Of a DNA stretch of 64,000 nucleotides, positions 1-12,300 are shown in pieces (position 1 is the first letter of the stretch; each line of letters begins with the position of its first letter). Position numbers and translations under genes: made by a program. The stretch is from Thalia democratica. Taxonomy: Eukaryota. The notes beneath the pieces are model-generated. The model did no database searches. It had not been told where the DNA came from and worked only from the letters and a program-made list of their open reading frames with translations. The stretch covers positions 55,738,001 through 55,802,000 of the forward strand of contig OZ241830.1 in the NCBI GenBank assembly GCA_965202585.1, in the 5' to 3' direction.

Positions 1-205
1 TTTTAATCATTAGTGCTTAAATTTTATTAAATATAACAATTACTTAAAATATATTGCTTGAACATATAAATTTGTTAATAATTACAACAAATGCGATTAA
101 AAAAACATTACTTGAACTTATATTTTGCTTTTACAAAATGATACAGTGTTATTAAGATGTTGAATTAATAGGCAAATTAGTTGTTTTAAATAGTTTTTAA
201 GAACA

Positions 206-211
206 TTTATT
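206..211 (-). promoter_or_regulatory. Candidate polyadenylation signal AATAAA
   Basis: Plus-strand tttatt at 206-211, about 10 nt after the inferred stop. Common by chance in AT-rich DNA. Confidence 0.4.
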
Positions 212-221
212 CAATTTTAGT

Positions 222-316
222 TTATAAAAATTTTTCTCTTGAATGTATTTCTTTCTTGTACCATTCTATTTGTGCTAAAAGCTGATTTTTTTCTTCACTT
301 TGCACTGGAACTTTTC
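222..316 (-). CDS. Probable terminal exon (stop TAA at 222-224)
   Basis: ttttctag acceptor. Phase-1 join gives G-KVPVQSEEKNQLLAQIEWYKKEIHSREKFL*. AATAAA follows the stop. Confidence 0.7.
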
Positions 317-3300
317 CTAGAAAACGGAGAGTCGTTAAAGGAAAAATAACATTTACTGTATATATATATATAATTTATTGAAATGGCAATTTAAAAAATT
401 CTGGTATATATGTTTCATAAAGTTTTAATTTTTCATAAAGCTTTAATCATCAGCCAGTTAAATTCAAAATAAAAAGCACTGTACTAAACAAAGATGCAAA
501 AGTTATGCAAAAAACAAAAAACAGAATGACAAAAACAGTATACATGTTTTTTGCATAACTTTTGTATCTTTGTTTAGTACAGTGCTTTTTATTTTGAATT
601 TAACTGGCTGATGATTAAAGCTTTATGAAAAATTAAAGCTTTATGAAACATATGTACCAGAACTTTTAAAATCGCCATTTCAATAAATTATTTAAAAGCC
701 CTTCAAGTGGGGTCAGTAGAAGGTGTTTAAGTTTGAACATTAACCTTATTTTATACATATATATATAATTAAGTTATTTAACTTAATAAATTAAATTTTT
801 CACGCTGAGCCCACTTTGAGGGCTTTATTATTAAAAAGGTTTATTTAAAGATGCAAAACTCAAAGGACTCGAGTTTCGTGACTATTCACTCATCAGCTTC
901 AAAACAAGTTTAAAATCTATATATATATATATATATACAGTTACATTATACATGTGTTGGTTCTTTTTATAGTTTTAGTTTTTTTCTTCGTAGTAACTAG
1001 TAGAAACATTCTTTTTAAATAGACAGAGAAACGTTGCTGATGATATTGAAATTTTTTACATACTGTAATAGTTGTTTTATATTTACACATCTAAAGTTAA
1101 GACTACAAAAAAAAGTTTTAAACTAATTTATTGAAATAATTCAAAACAAAATTAGATGCAGTTGTTAATTTAAGCTTTAAAAATTTAAAGAAACCGTATA
1201 TGCAGTTTAACTTTCTTCAATTAAAAATAGTATATAATTTAAGTTCTGGTAATGTTGATACTTAAAGTTACATTTATATAAATAACTTTTTCATTGCGAT
1301 AAATTCTTAAACAAAATGTTAAGATAAAAAACCTTTGTGCTGCTTAACCAATAATACGTTTAGATCATCAATGTTTTGACGATATTTCGCTATTTGCCTT
1401 TCGAAAACTTCTTCCTTGACATTTAATGTTTTCTTTCTAAAATTTTTTTTTCACTTGTTTAAGTGTGCAAAACTAAAACTTGATCAATTAGACTTGTAAA
1501 GTACAAACAATAATTAAATAAAAATAGTTTTTCAGATTTTTTTAAAACCAAAAAAGAGAATTTGAAAATCTTAGTTTTTAAGTTAGTGATTAATTTAAAT
1601 CTTAATTAATTGATTTCGTTTTTTAAATATTTTCTAAATTGTTTTATATCTTTAAATTCTAAATATAATTTTAAATTTAAAGCCGAAGCGGTGTTTCAAA
1701 ATTTGAGCACATGTTGAACATAAAAAGTATTTAAAATAATTTATAATGAGCAGAAGATTGGATTACTCGTATAAAAATTTTCAATTTAAGTATACTATTC
1801 TATCTTTGTACTATTTTAATTTTATTTATAATAGTTCTTTACAAGCGTAGGTAAATATTATAATTATGGTCTAGAAAAACTGGGATTGTAGCACTTATTC
1901 AACAAATGTCTGCATTAAATTATAAAAATGGCAAACAAATTTCTCTACGATCATCAACTGTCTATAATTTTTCTTTAAGTTTAGCAGTACTGCTCATAAC
2001 AGTTATAAAACATATAAATCTTTGATTCATTCTTAATATTAACTTAGTTTTTTTTTCATTTTCAAGACTGATTGTAAAAGTATTGTAGTTCTATTGATTA
2101 TCTATAATTGACTTTTTTAGATCACTTTTATTTATTTTTGTTTTATAAACTATAGTTTGTTACAACAGTTAGTTTTTAATAAAAAATATTTAATAAGTTG
2201 ATGAAATATTTGAAACCTTTTTGTATATAATGTTAAATTTAAAAAGAAGTGTATAACTTAAAGTTAATTTAATAAAGCATTTGCTTTAATATTTAAACTA
2301 GTTATCTTGTTTTATAAAAAACTTCTGCATTTTTACAGTTCCAAAAAGTTTTATGCTGCTAAAAAATAAAAATTCAGAAAGCAAAATCTGAACTACGAAG
2401 AAAAAAATCTATAAACATTTATAAGCTAAATATAAATGTTCGAAATAAAGGTTTAATCGTTTGCTAACAAAAGATCGTAGTGAAATAACTTCACTGAAAT
2501 ATAAATAAAAACTAATTGTACAGTAATATTCCTTTATTGTACAAACATATGTTTCTGTGTGTTAACGAATCAACACACTTCAACTGGGTTCTGTAAAAAA
2601 ATAATTACTGTAATGAAAGAATAGAAGCATAGAATAAAGTGAGTGTATACATGTTTTTTTATTAAAATAAAACAATTACTACAGATAACAGTTAATAATA
2701 GGTCGAATACTTAATATTAAGTCCGACTGTTATAAAACTATATAATATTTGTAATTATTAAGTCTAAAACACTTAAAGTAAACTAAAATACACAACAAAA
2801 CAACAACTCATAATATAAACAAAGCACTTACGTTAATGGAAAGAATAACTGATTCAAATTTACTGTTGTTAATGAACGAACGAAATACATTCATTACATC
2901 TAATAATTACGTCACAATATAAATGAGGTTATTTCAACAGATTAATTTGTATTGCAAAGTTTGTTAATTTAGTTTTTATGTTTGTAATCTATTTAGGACA
3001 AAAATAAAACATCAACCATTAGTTAGTGAATCAATAAAATTTAGTAAAACTTAACAACGGCGAAGACAATAAAAGTCACAGAAACTTGATGTAACATGTA
3101 TATTATATATTAAATGCTTGTAAAGATTAAATCAAAGTTATATACAATTAGGAAGCAGATCTGACTTTTATTGTCTTCGCCGTTGTTAGGTTTTATTTAA
3201 TTTTATTGATTCACTAACTAATGGTTGATGTTTTGTTTTTGTCCAAAATAGATTACTAACAAAAAACTAAATTAACAAACTTTGCAATACAGATTAAACA

Positions 3301-6300
3301 GTTGAAATAACCTCATTTATATCGTGACGTAATTATTAGATGTAATGAATGTATTTTGTTCGTTCATTAACAACAGTAAATTTGATTCAGTCATTCTTTC
3401 CATTAACGTAAGTGCTTTGTTTATATTATGATTTGTTGTTTTGTTGTGTATATTAGTTTACTTTAAGTGTTTTAGACTTAATAATTACAAATATTACATA
3501 GTTTTATATCAGTAGGACTTAAAATTAAGTATTTTACTTATTATTAACTATTATCTTTAGTAATTATTTTATTTTAATAAAAAACATGTATACACCCACT
3601 TTATTCTATGCTTCTATTCTTTCATTACAGTAATTATTTTTTACATAACCCAGTTGAAGTGTTTTGATTCGTTAACACACAGAAACATATGTTGGTACAA
3701 TAAAGGAAGATTACTGTACAATTTGTTTTTATAAGCTAAATATATTAAGGAAAAATTCATTTCTTGTCTACTGTACTATTTCTACTTTTAAAAATCTTCA
3801 TACTCTTAATAAAATATGTTTAAGATCTTTATACTACAAATTTAATATGTGTTTTAGTAAAAACCACTAAAATTAATGTAGTTATCTTTATTAGTGTAGG
3901 TTATAATACTACAAGTAAGTTTCAAAAAAGGATATTAAGATAAAATAAGATGTATAGTTATGTTATAGATATTTTAATAAATCAGTGTTGAATAAAATAA
4001 CTCTATGCAAAACATTGTAAACATGTAAAAGCATGGTATCGTACACGTTGTAAATAATATTTAAACGTTAAATTATAATAAAGTTTATTTAATATAAGTA
4101 GTTTACTTTAAAACCGGGTTTCCTAATTTTTTTTAAAGGCTACCTTTTAAGAAATTAAAAAAGCTATGGCCCCCTCCAACAAGCTTCAAAAAACTACTAT
4201 TAAAAACATCTCAGACCTTTGTTTGCTTTTCATCATCATCTCAAAATGTCTAGAGTAAGTTACAAACTATAACCTTGCGACTCCCTCTTTTACGGCTTGT
4301 GACCCCCTAAATTTCCAAAAAATTTTCCATAATATCTAGCACAAGTTTCTCAACTACCACTAAAAACGCCTAAAACCTTTTTTTTGCTCTTCATCATCGA
4401 CTCCAGAATATCTAAAGTAAGTTTTATATTATGACCTCATGCCCCCCTCTTCCCTTGGCCCAGTTTGGAAAACCCTCCTTAGAGTCATCCACCATTTTCA
4501 CTTGATCATAATTGTTTAAGTTATTAAGTATAAATAAAGTAATATTTATATACTGTTGAGTAACAAATAGTAAAACATTTAAGATATAACAAGCTTATTA
4601 AACTTTTTTCAAATCAATCAATATTTTTTTTCTAGTTTTGAAACGAAATTGTACCGTAGTGTCTTAAAAATGTTTCAACCATTATAAACTCTTATCAAAA
4701 ATTATTAGAATAAATGTAGCTGATTTAAAAATTAGTTGTTTAAAAGTAGTTAAACTTTTGTTACTAATACTATTTTCCTTAAGTTAAGTTCTCATGTAGC
4801 TATTTTAACACTTGAGTCAACACTTTAGATAACAATTAAAAAAAATAATTGTATAACTATCCTCGTGTAATGTGTGTTGATCGTGTAAAACGAAATAAGT
4901 ATAGGGTTAACTGTTATATTTTGAACCTGAATACATAAAAATAAATTGAATCGAATGCGAAACTTTCAAAAGTTTTTTTTTTGTTAACCATAAAATTATC
5001 TTACTATAACATTTAAAGAAAACAATTGGCTAACGTGATTAATGGGTTTTCCAGCTTTTTGTTAATCGGTTTACTTGGTTTCAAATATTCAAAATGGTTT
5101 TTCTCTTTGTCTATCATAGATTTCCAGCTATCAACATCAACGAATTCTTGATAATTGTTCATACGACTTTCTATCACCTAATTAAATACAAGTTTTTATT
5201 TCCATATTTTAATTAAAATGTATTTATTTTGAAACACAAACAGAAGATGAAAAGTTCATCGAAGCAGGTGTAACTATATTTGTATTTATTAGTGGTGAAA
5301 GAAAGTTTTCGTGATTCATCGATGAATTAACAATTCCGTCATTAGCTGATTTAGAGAAGAAAAGATCTTCACATGACCATTTTAGCGCCTGTTGATTTTA
5401 TTAAAAGTTAGTAGTTAGCCGACGTAAAATGACAAACATTTATTTTAAAAATTCAAACTCTGTAAAATTCTTTTTACGAGTGGTATTGTTTATTAAGTAA
5501 GTAGATTATTGCTTATTTGAAAAGTTTTGTTTTAAAGTTCTTTCCATTAAATGTTTTTTGGCTTCTGTTATAAATCGATTACGTTTGTTAAATAAATTGG
5601 TCAACTTAATTGTTTCTTAAGTAACTGAAAATCAAGACATCAACGAAATAGGCTTCACATAAATAAAGCATAATTAATTAGTTTTACTAAAGTAAACTAT
5701 TTGTTTTAATAATTTAATTTTGACTGAATTATGACTACTTAAGTATTAGCACATATAATGCTCAAAAGCCAAAAACTATCATGTAAAACTTTTTAGTAAA
5801 ATGTTAAAAAATGAATAGCGCTGTGTTTATCTAAAAAGTAAAAATGTTTATAAATGTTTTTAAATATATAAACTATCATTTTTTACAAATACTATAGTAA
5901 AAAAAAACAATGATACAAGTACTTGATAAAGGTATAAGGTAAAAGCAAAATTAAAGCGACTATTTACTTCAAATTTGTATATAAAACACTCTTTGATTAA
6001 TTTATATCATAAGACTAATAAGAACTTCCAGCAAAAGTAAATATGTACCAAACATAAGTTACAAGTAGAACAAACCTTGTAAAACGCTCGCAAGAAGAGT
6101 GGTTCTGAGTCGTTTTCAAAGCTACCGACACTGACGTGCGCCAGACAGTGGACTATTATCATGACGTAATCTCCGACCGACGTCATTCTTTCACGCCTGA
6201 TGTACAGACACTTGGTGGCGTGTTTGTACGCGAACGAGCGTCGAAAGGCGTTGTTGTGGTAGTTGTTGGGTGACAGATCGTCAGCTACTTTAAGCTGAAT

Positions 6301-9300
6301 TTCATCCATCTATTGTATATTAAAAAGTGTAGAAACAATGTTCTGCCTTTGAAAGTTTTGAATTTAAAGTTAAAAACGTATGAAGTACAAAGTTAGTATG
6401 AAAAGTTTTAACCTTAAGTATTTGACTTAAAAATATGTACTTAATTGAAATATACAATTCTAAAACACGGTTAGGTGGTAAATATAAAAACAGTAAGTAA
6501 AAATTCCTTAAAAAAACTAACCTCAAAAAGCACACATATCATTTTGCAGATAAAGCAACCAAACTTAAAAACGGTAAATTCACTTGGCGTAAGCTTATAC
6601 TCGTCTACAGTAGAAACTTTATCTTCTTTCTTAGTTTTTGGTAACTGAGCGTCCTAATGAAAAAAAAAAATATTTCTGGATTTAGTTACTTGTTTTTTTT
6701 CTAATCAAATTGTATTAACTCACGTAGATGTCAATAAACTTGTTATTATTAGCTGAATCTGGAGTTTTATCCTTTTGAACTTCAAGGTTATTATTTAATC
6801 TCGATTTTAGACTTTTGTCTATGATGATGAGTTGCTAGTAGAAATAAATTTTGTAAAATAAAAAAAAATTGATAAAATAACCTAATGTTTGTTAAAAAAC
6901 TCTTCTATAATAAAAGTAAAATGGAAGATAACAAATAAGTTATGTTAGTTTTTCTTGAGTTTACAAATACTACATAGAAAACTTAGAATTAAGCAGTACT
7001 AGTATAGTCTTAAATAACTTATTGTACTAGTGTTAATTTTCATACTACTTAAATTTTAACACAAGCGTTAAAACAACTTATATTTATACATAAAATAAAA
7101 TGGAATACTTCTCTTAATTAAGATATCTTAAATTACTTTACAAATTAAGCTATATAACTTTCAAAATGTAGAAAAATATAACTTTGTAAAATTTATTTCT
7201 TTATTCGGATATAAAATAAACCATTTATTTTTTACAAACTTTTACTATGTAGTACATGTGGAAATGAAATCAAACAAACTTGATAAAATTTAGTGTTTTT
7301 CCACTTGTCATCTCGATCTAAAGGATCATCATTATTCTGTGACATTCCTGCGAGTAGATATTTCAATTGATTGTCATTATTTTTGTTATGTTTTCTCTTT
7401 TCAATTTCAACTTTTTCCTCTAATTTTTCAGTTCTTTTCTTAGTTTTATCCACAAATGACGTTCTTGAAAAGAAAAATTAAAGTTATTATTTTTCATTTT
7501 GATATTTTATGTAAGATAGGCTTCGTTTAAGTTTAACAAAAATAAATAACATGCGCTAAATTCAAAGTTTTATTTACAAAATGAAAAGAGAGATGTAGCA
7601 AGTTATGCAGGACTTTAGCAGGTTTAAACTTAGTATGAAATCTAGGCTGATTATCCAATATACTCTTTATTTTTGCTCTCTAAGTTAACTTTATTTTCTG
7701 AATTTTTCAAAGTTTTATTTTCTGACTAGCGTGTTTACACTTATTTTTCTAATACTTTGTAATGTTTCTAACAACGTACTAAAATAAACGTGTTTTATAA
7801 AGTTGAATAATATAAATTCTAAATATCTAATATCGTTAGTATTTAGTTAAAGGTAACTAGGTTTAGCTTATAAAATTCCTAGAAACTAAAAATAGGCCTT
7901 TATTGATAAATTAATTTTGTTTTATTACTGAATTTTATACTTTACAGTAAATACTAACTACAAGCGATTCTATACATTGTTTAGATCCGATAGTTTTCAA
8001 TTAAAGTTCTATAATTCAAGTAAAATATTCTTAAAGTACACTTGTATAACTACAAATTTTTTGTTAAATAAGTTTAAATATTACTACAGCTTTCTTAATT
8101 TTTCATTTTTGTTGTAATGAATTTCATTATTTCAACTGTAAATAACCTATGAAAACTACAGTAGTTAAACTATTCTATCATTCATTTGTTCGTCTTATAA
8201 GTTCTATTTAAATCAATGTAAATCATAGTATTAAAAAAAATCAGATTATTATAACTTTTGCTCCATAAAAGTTTGTTATAATTACAACAGAAAATTTTAA
8301 ACACAAAAAAAGTAGTTCATCCTGTAAATTAGAATTGTGACTAATCTACATAGATGATTATTAACAAAATTTAAATTATTCCAAAGCAAATAAATACAAT
8401 GGAAACAAAATAAATGCAAATGATTAGAGAGAAAAGCGGACTAACCAAGCATTAAATATATTCATCTCAATCATAAGCTCATTATACATAGAAACTAAAC
8501 AAAGAGTAATCAATTATCTTAAAAAAAAACAAAAAAAACTATAAAGATTTAATTTTATTAAAATTTATTGTGTTTTTTTTTTGTTTTTATGTGACCTAAA
8601 AGATACTAAAGTATCTTCTATAAACTTTTAAATATTGTATTTTAAAAGTTCAATTAATTTTTATACAAACTTCAGTTGAAAAATCTACTTAAAAATACCT
8701 GTTACGTAAAAAAATTTTTTTAAACTTTAAAACATTTAAAAAACAAACTATATGATAGGTTATTTTAACAAAACTACCTACGTAAGCTAATATTACTAAA
8801 CACATGTAAAAAACGATTCCCATTAAATGAAAAATAAATTGAATTAGTAAAACTATCCATCTCATAAAAAACATATGTTTAAATATTTCTAACTAACTCT
8901 CCGATGTTATCGTTTTTATAAAGTTTTTCTGCAGTATTTTTGAGTTGTTCTGCCTGATCCGATGATAACTGTGCGGTAAATGAATTTTCTTCGTTTTCCA
9001 GTACAGCAATATCGCTTCTTTGTTTTATTTGTAATTTTTCTAGTTCTCTCTTTCTCTTGTTTTTTAGCCTTTTCTCAACAGCTCGTTTCATTTTAAATTT
9101 TTCATCGTTCCAACGTTGCTGTGTTAGATTTTATTTTTAACATTCTATATAATGAAGTTTACTTACAAAAAAAAAAACTACATCTATGTAATTGCCTCTT
9201 GAACAGGTCGTAAAAATAAAATTAAATCAAGGTTTAAAAAAACTAATAAATAAGAACCTGCATGTTATTGTAGTTTTCCTCATAATCTTTTATCAGCTTT

Positions 9301-12300
9301 TCTTTAGCTTCTTTAGAAAGCTTGTCGTCATTTTTTATTTTGTCAAGTTCAGCTTGAATAGTAACGTTTTCACTATGGTGTTTTTTCTGCAATTTTGCTT
9401 CTTCAGTTTTATTCAAAAATTCACGTTCATTTTTTATTTTTTCTTCGATTTTAGTTGACTCTTCTTTAAGTTCTTTTTTAACTGTATAACAAAAGTTGTT
9501 TGCATAGATTTATTTTAAACATTTTCAAAAGTTATAAAACTTGTTACTTTTATCATATTTGTTTTTGTTTTTGGTTTTGTATTCTTTCAGCTTATTATCA
9601 TATTCTTTTCGTTTATTATTTCGTATTTCTTCCGATTCTTTAACTGCTTTCTTGGTTTCTTCAGTAAACTGCTTCAATAGCTTCTACAACATAATTTGTA
9701 TTAAGTTTAAATTTTAAAACAACTTTAGATTTCTCTTTTTATGGAAAAATAGAGAATAAAGTTAGTTATAAAAATAATTCAAATAGAATACCTCTTCTGG
9801 GTCAACAATCTTTATCAGATCAATTAATTCTTTTAGATGGTCTTCTCGTAGTTTAAGTTTTTCTTTTTCATGCGAAAGAACTAAACTATTAGTAGCCTTG
9901 TCTTTAGCTTCGTGTATTTTCGCAGCGATTGAGTTTTTCAAATCCTCTATTTCTAATAAGTACATTCAAATGTTGAAAATACTTTTATTAAGTAAAAATC
10001 TTGAAGTGTTTCGAGTATCTAACTATTACTTCAAGTTTTTTGTATAGGTAAGGCGACTTTAAAAAAAAAAAGATTTAAAAATTTAAACGATAGTCTTTCT
10101 TATATTAAGCGTTCAAACTTACTTACAAAAGAATACTACTAACGGTTTTTGAAGTATGAAAAAATAGCACGTATAACATAATGAAACTTATAAAATGAAC
10201 TCAATTTATAATTTTGACTATACAAAAATAAGTAATAAATTTTTGCTTAGATAGATTTTTTTACATCAAGATTTGAGGCAAGTGGAAAACACATTAATCT
10301 ATTGAATTTGTAGTGATAATCCTGAAGGGATATACTATTTTTTTGATAACTAAAAAAAAATTTAATTATGTATATTATTCTGTTACAATTAACAACAAAC
10401 TTATCGGTAATAGCTATACTTTTTATTTATTTAATGGTGTAATGACCGGTTTTTTTGTAACTAGTAAACTTTAAGATAAATTTAGTTTTATATTAGATAA
10501 GTTTTTGTATACTAAGCTTTTGTTCCTTTAAATGCAAGTATAACCTGTACTACAATTTATAAACTCTTGTTTTATAGAGTATAAATTTCAGTGTTTATTT
10601 TCTTTTAAATATTGGTATTTTTTGTTCCCTATATTAAACTTCTATTTAAAGGGTTATTTTTTAAATGCCGTAGTCCTACATAAAAAAAAATTATATTGAA
10701 TTATAAAAAAGTAAAATATAATGATGTATGCATTAATCAAAAAAAAAATTATTCAATTTGATATTTTAAAAACAGTTTACTAGTTAAATTTAAATAGTTT
10801 GCAATTTACATAAATTAATAGAATGTAATAAATTTTTTTTAACATGTCAAGAACGTTATATTTTTCTAAAATAAAAAAAAATCTATTTTCTCACTTTTTA
10901 ATAAGCTTACTTTAAAGATATATACAACTTTTACTAATAATTAAAAGCTTTTGAAGTAACACAAAACTGCTTTATGATATTCTTTAAAGTTTAGTTTAAT
11001 AATTTTTACCTTTTTTCTGTCTTAATCGAATAGATTTATCTTTTGGATTTGCTTTAATTTCAGTTGCATGGAAGTTTTTCAAATTTTGAAGCTCTTCGTC
11101 CATCTTTTCTTGTACCTAGTTTCAAGTAAAATGTATTACGCTGTAAAACTAAAAAAGTAAATAAAATATTTTTTAAAATAATCAAATATAATTTAGATGA
11201 GTACCATAGTTTGTGCCACATTTGTGGCAGTTTCCATTTGTTGATTAAAGTCTTTCTCAAGATTTGCAATTTCGGCCAACTGTCGACTCATAAGAACCTT
11301 TTGTAAGTTTTTAATGTTTGACTCTTCGTTGTCTGATGACATTACAACTTTTTTGACAAGCTTCTGTTCATTTTCACTGGCTTCAGCTCTAATGACTTGT
11401 TCGTACCTCGTTTGTTTTAGTTTTGTCAGCTTATTTCCCACCTCAGCCTTAAAGTTAAGTTTAATAATGTAAAGTTATAGATACTAATAATAAACAGTTT
11501 TTAAGTAAATAAATTAAATTGGTTAAAAAAATCACTCTTTAATACCTCAAACTTTTTCTTTAAAGTAGCTTCTTTTCGTTTTTTCTCTAGCTGTAGTTTT
11601 CGTTTCATGATTTCAAGTTGCTGCTCTCTTTCTTTTTCAATAGTTCTACCATAAGATTGCATCTGAAATTTTTAAATCTTTTTAATTTCTTATATAGTTA
11701 CGAAACTGAAAGTTATGTGTCAGTGAGTTAGTATTATAAAAGTCTTATTGCTGTGTTGGGTGCTTATTATAAAAATATTATGGTGTCCAAATACTTTAGT
11801 TGAAGAAAAAAAAAAACAATATTAAAAACTTCAGTAAACTCAATGTTAAAAAATTATCTGTACAAAGAATTTATAATAATATTTTGGATAAAACTATACT
11901 TGGCTTACTGGAATCATTTTTATTCTTGTTAAACTAATTTTTTTAAATTTAAATTTTATTGAAATTTTTCTAGCATGACTGATAACAATCTTTCACAAAA
12001 AATTATTTGAAAAAACTCTTTTTAAGCATAGCTCTGTAGCAGAAATTTAATCAATAGTTAAAATTTCACGAACTTTTTATGAAAATAAAAATAAATTTTG
12101 TAAATATTACATATTTTTTCTTTTCAACTGTAAGATTAAATCTTACTTATTATATTTTGAATAGTTTATATACAGCTGTTTTGAAAATTAATGATTTATT
12201 AATCAAAAAGTGATAACAATTTAAACTAAAAGAAATTAAACATAACTAAAAACTATAAATAGAATGTACTTACTTGTTGTTTATACTTTTCCATCACCTT

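Noticed and set aside
695-826. Independent MITE with 22-bp TIRs
   Set aside because: No TSD was found. It is better explained as homologous 3' segments of two tail-to-tail HHR elements.
1037-1051. CTGATGA...GAAA as a hammerhead
   Set aside because: Only 4 nt (TATT) separate the boxes, so there is no stem II, and no stem I or III.
2044-2149. Phase-compatible candidate exon containing an in-frame TAG (readthrough?)
   Set aside because: Not needed, because the 5034 donor joins 1436 directly. The sequence is low-complexity AT-rich and the acceptor is weak.
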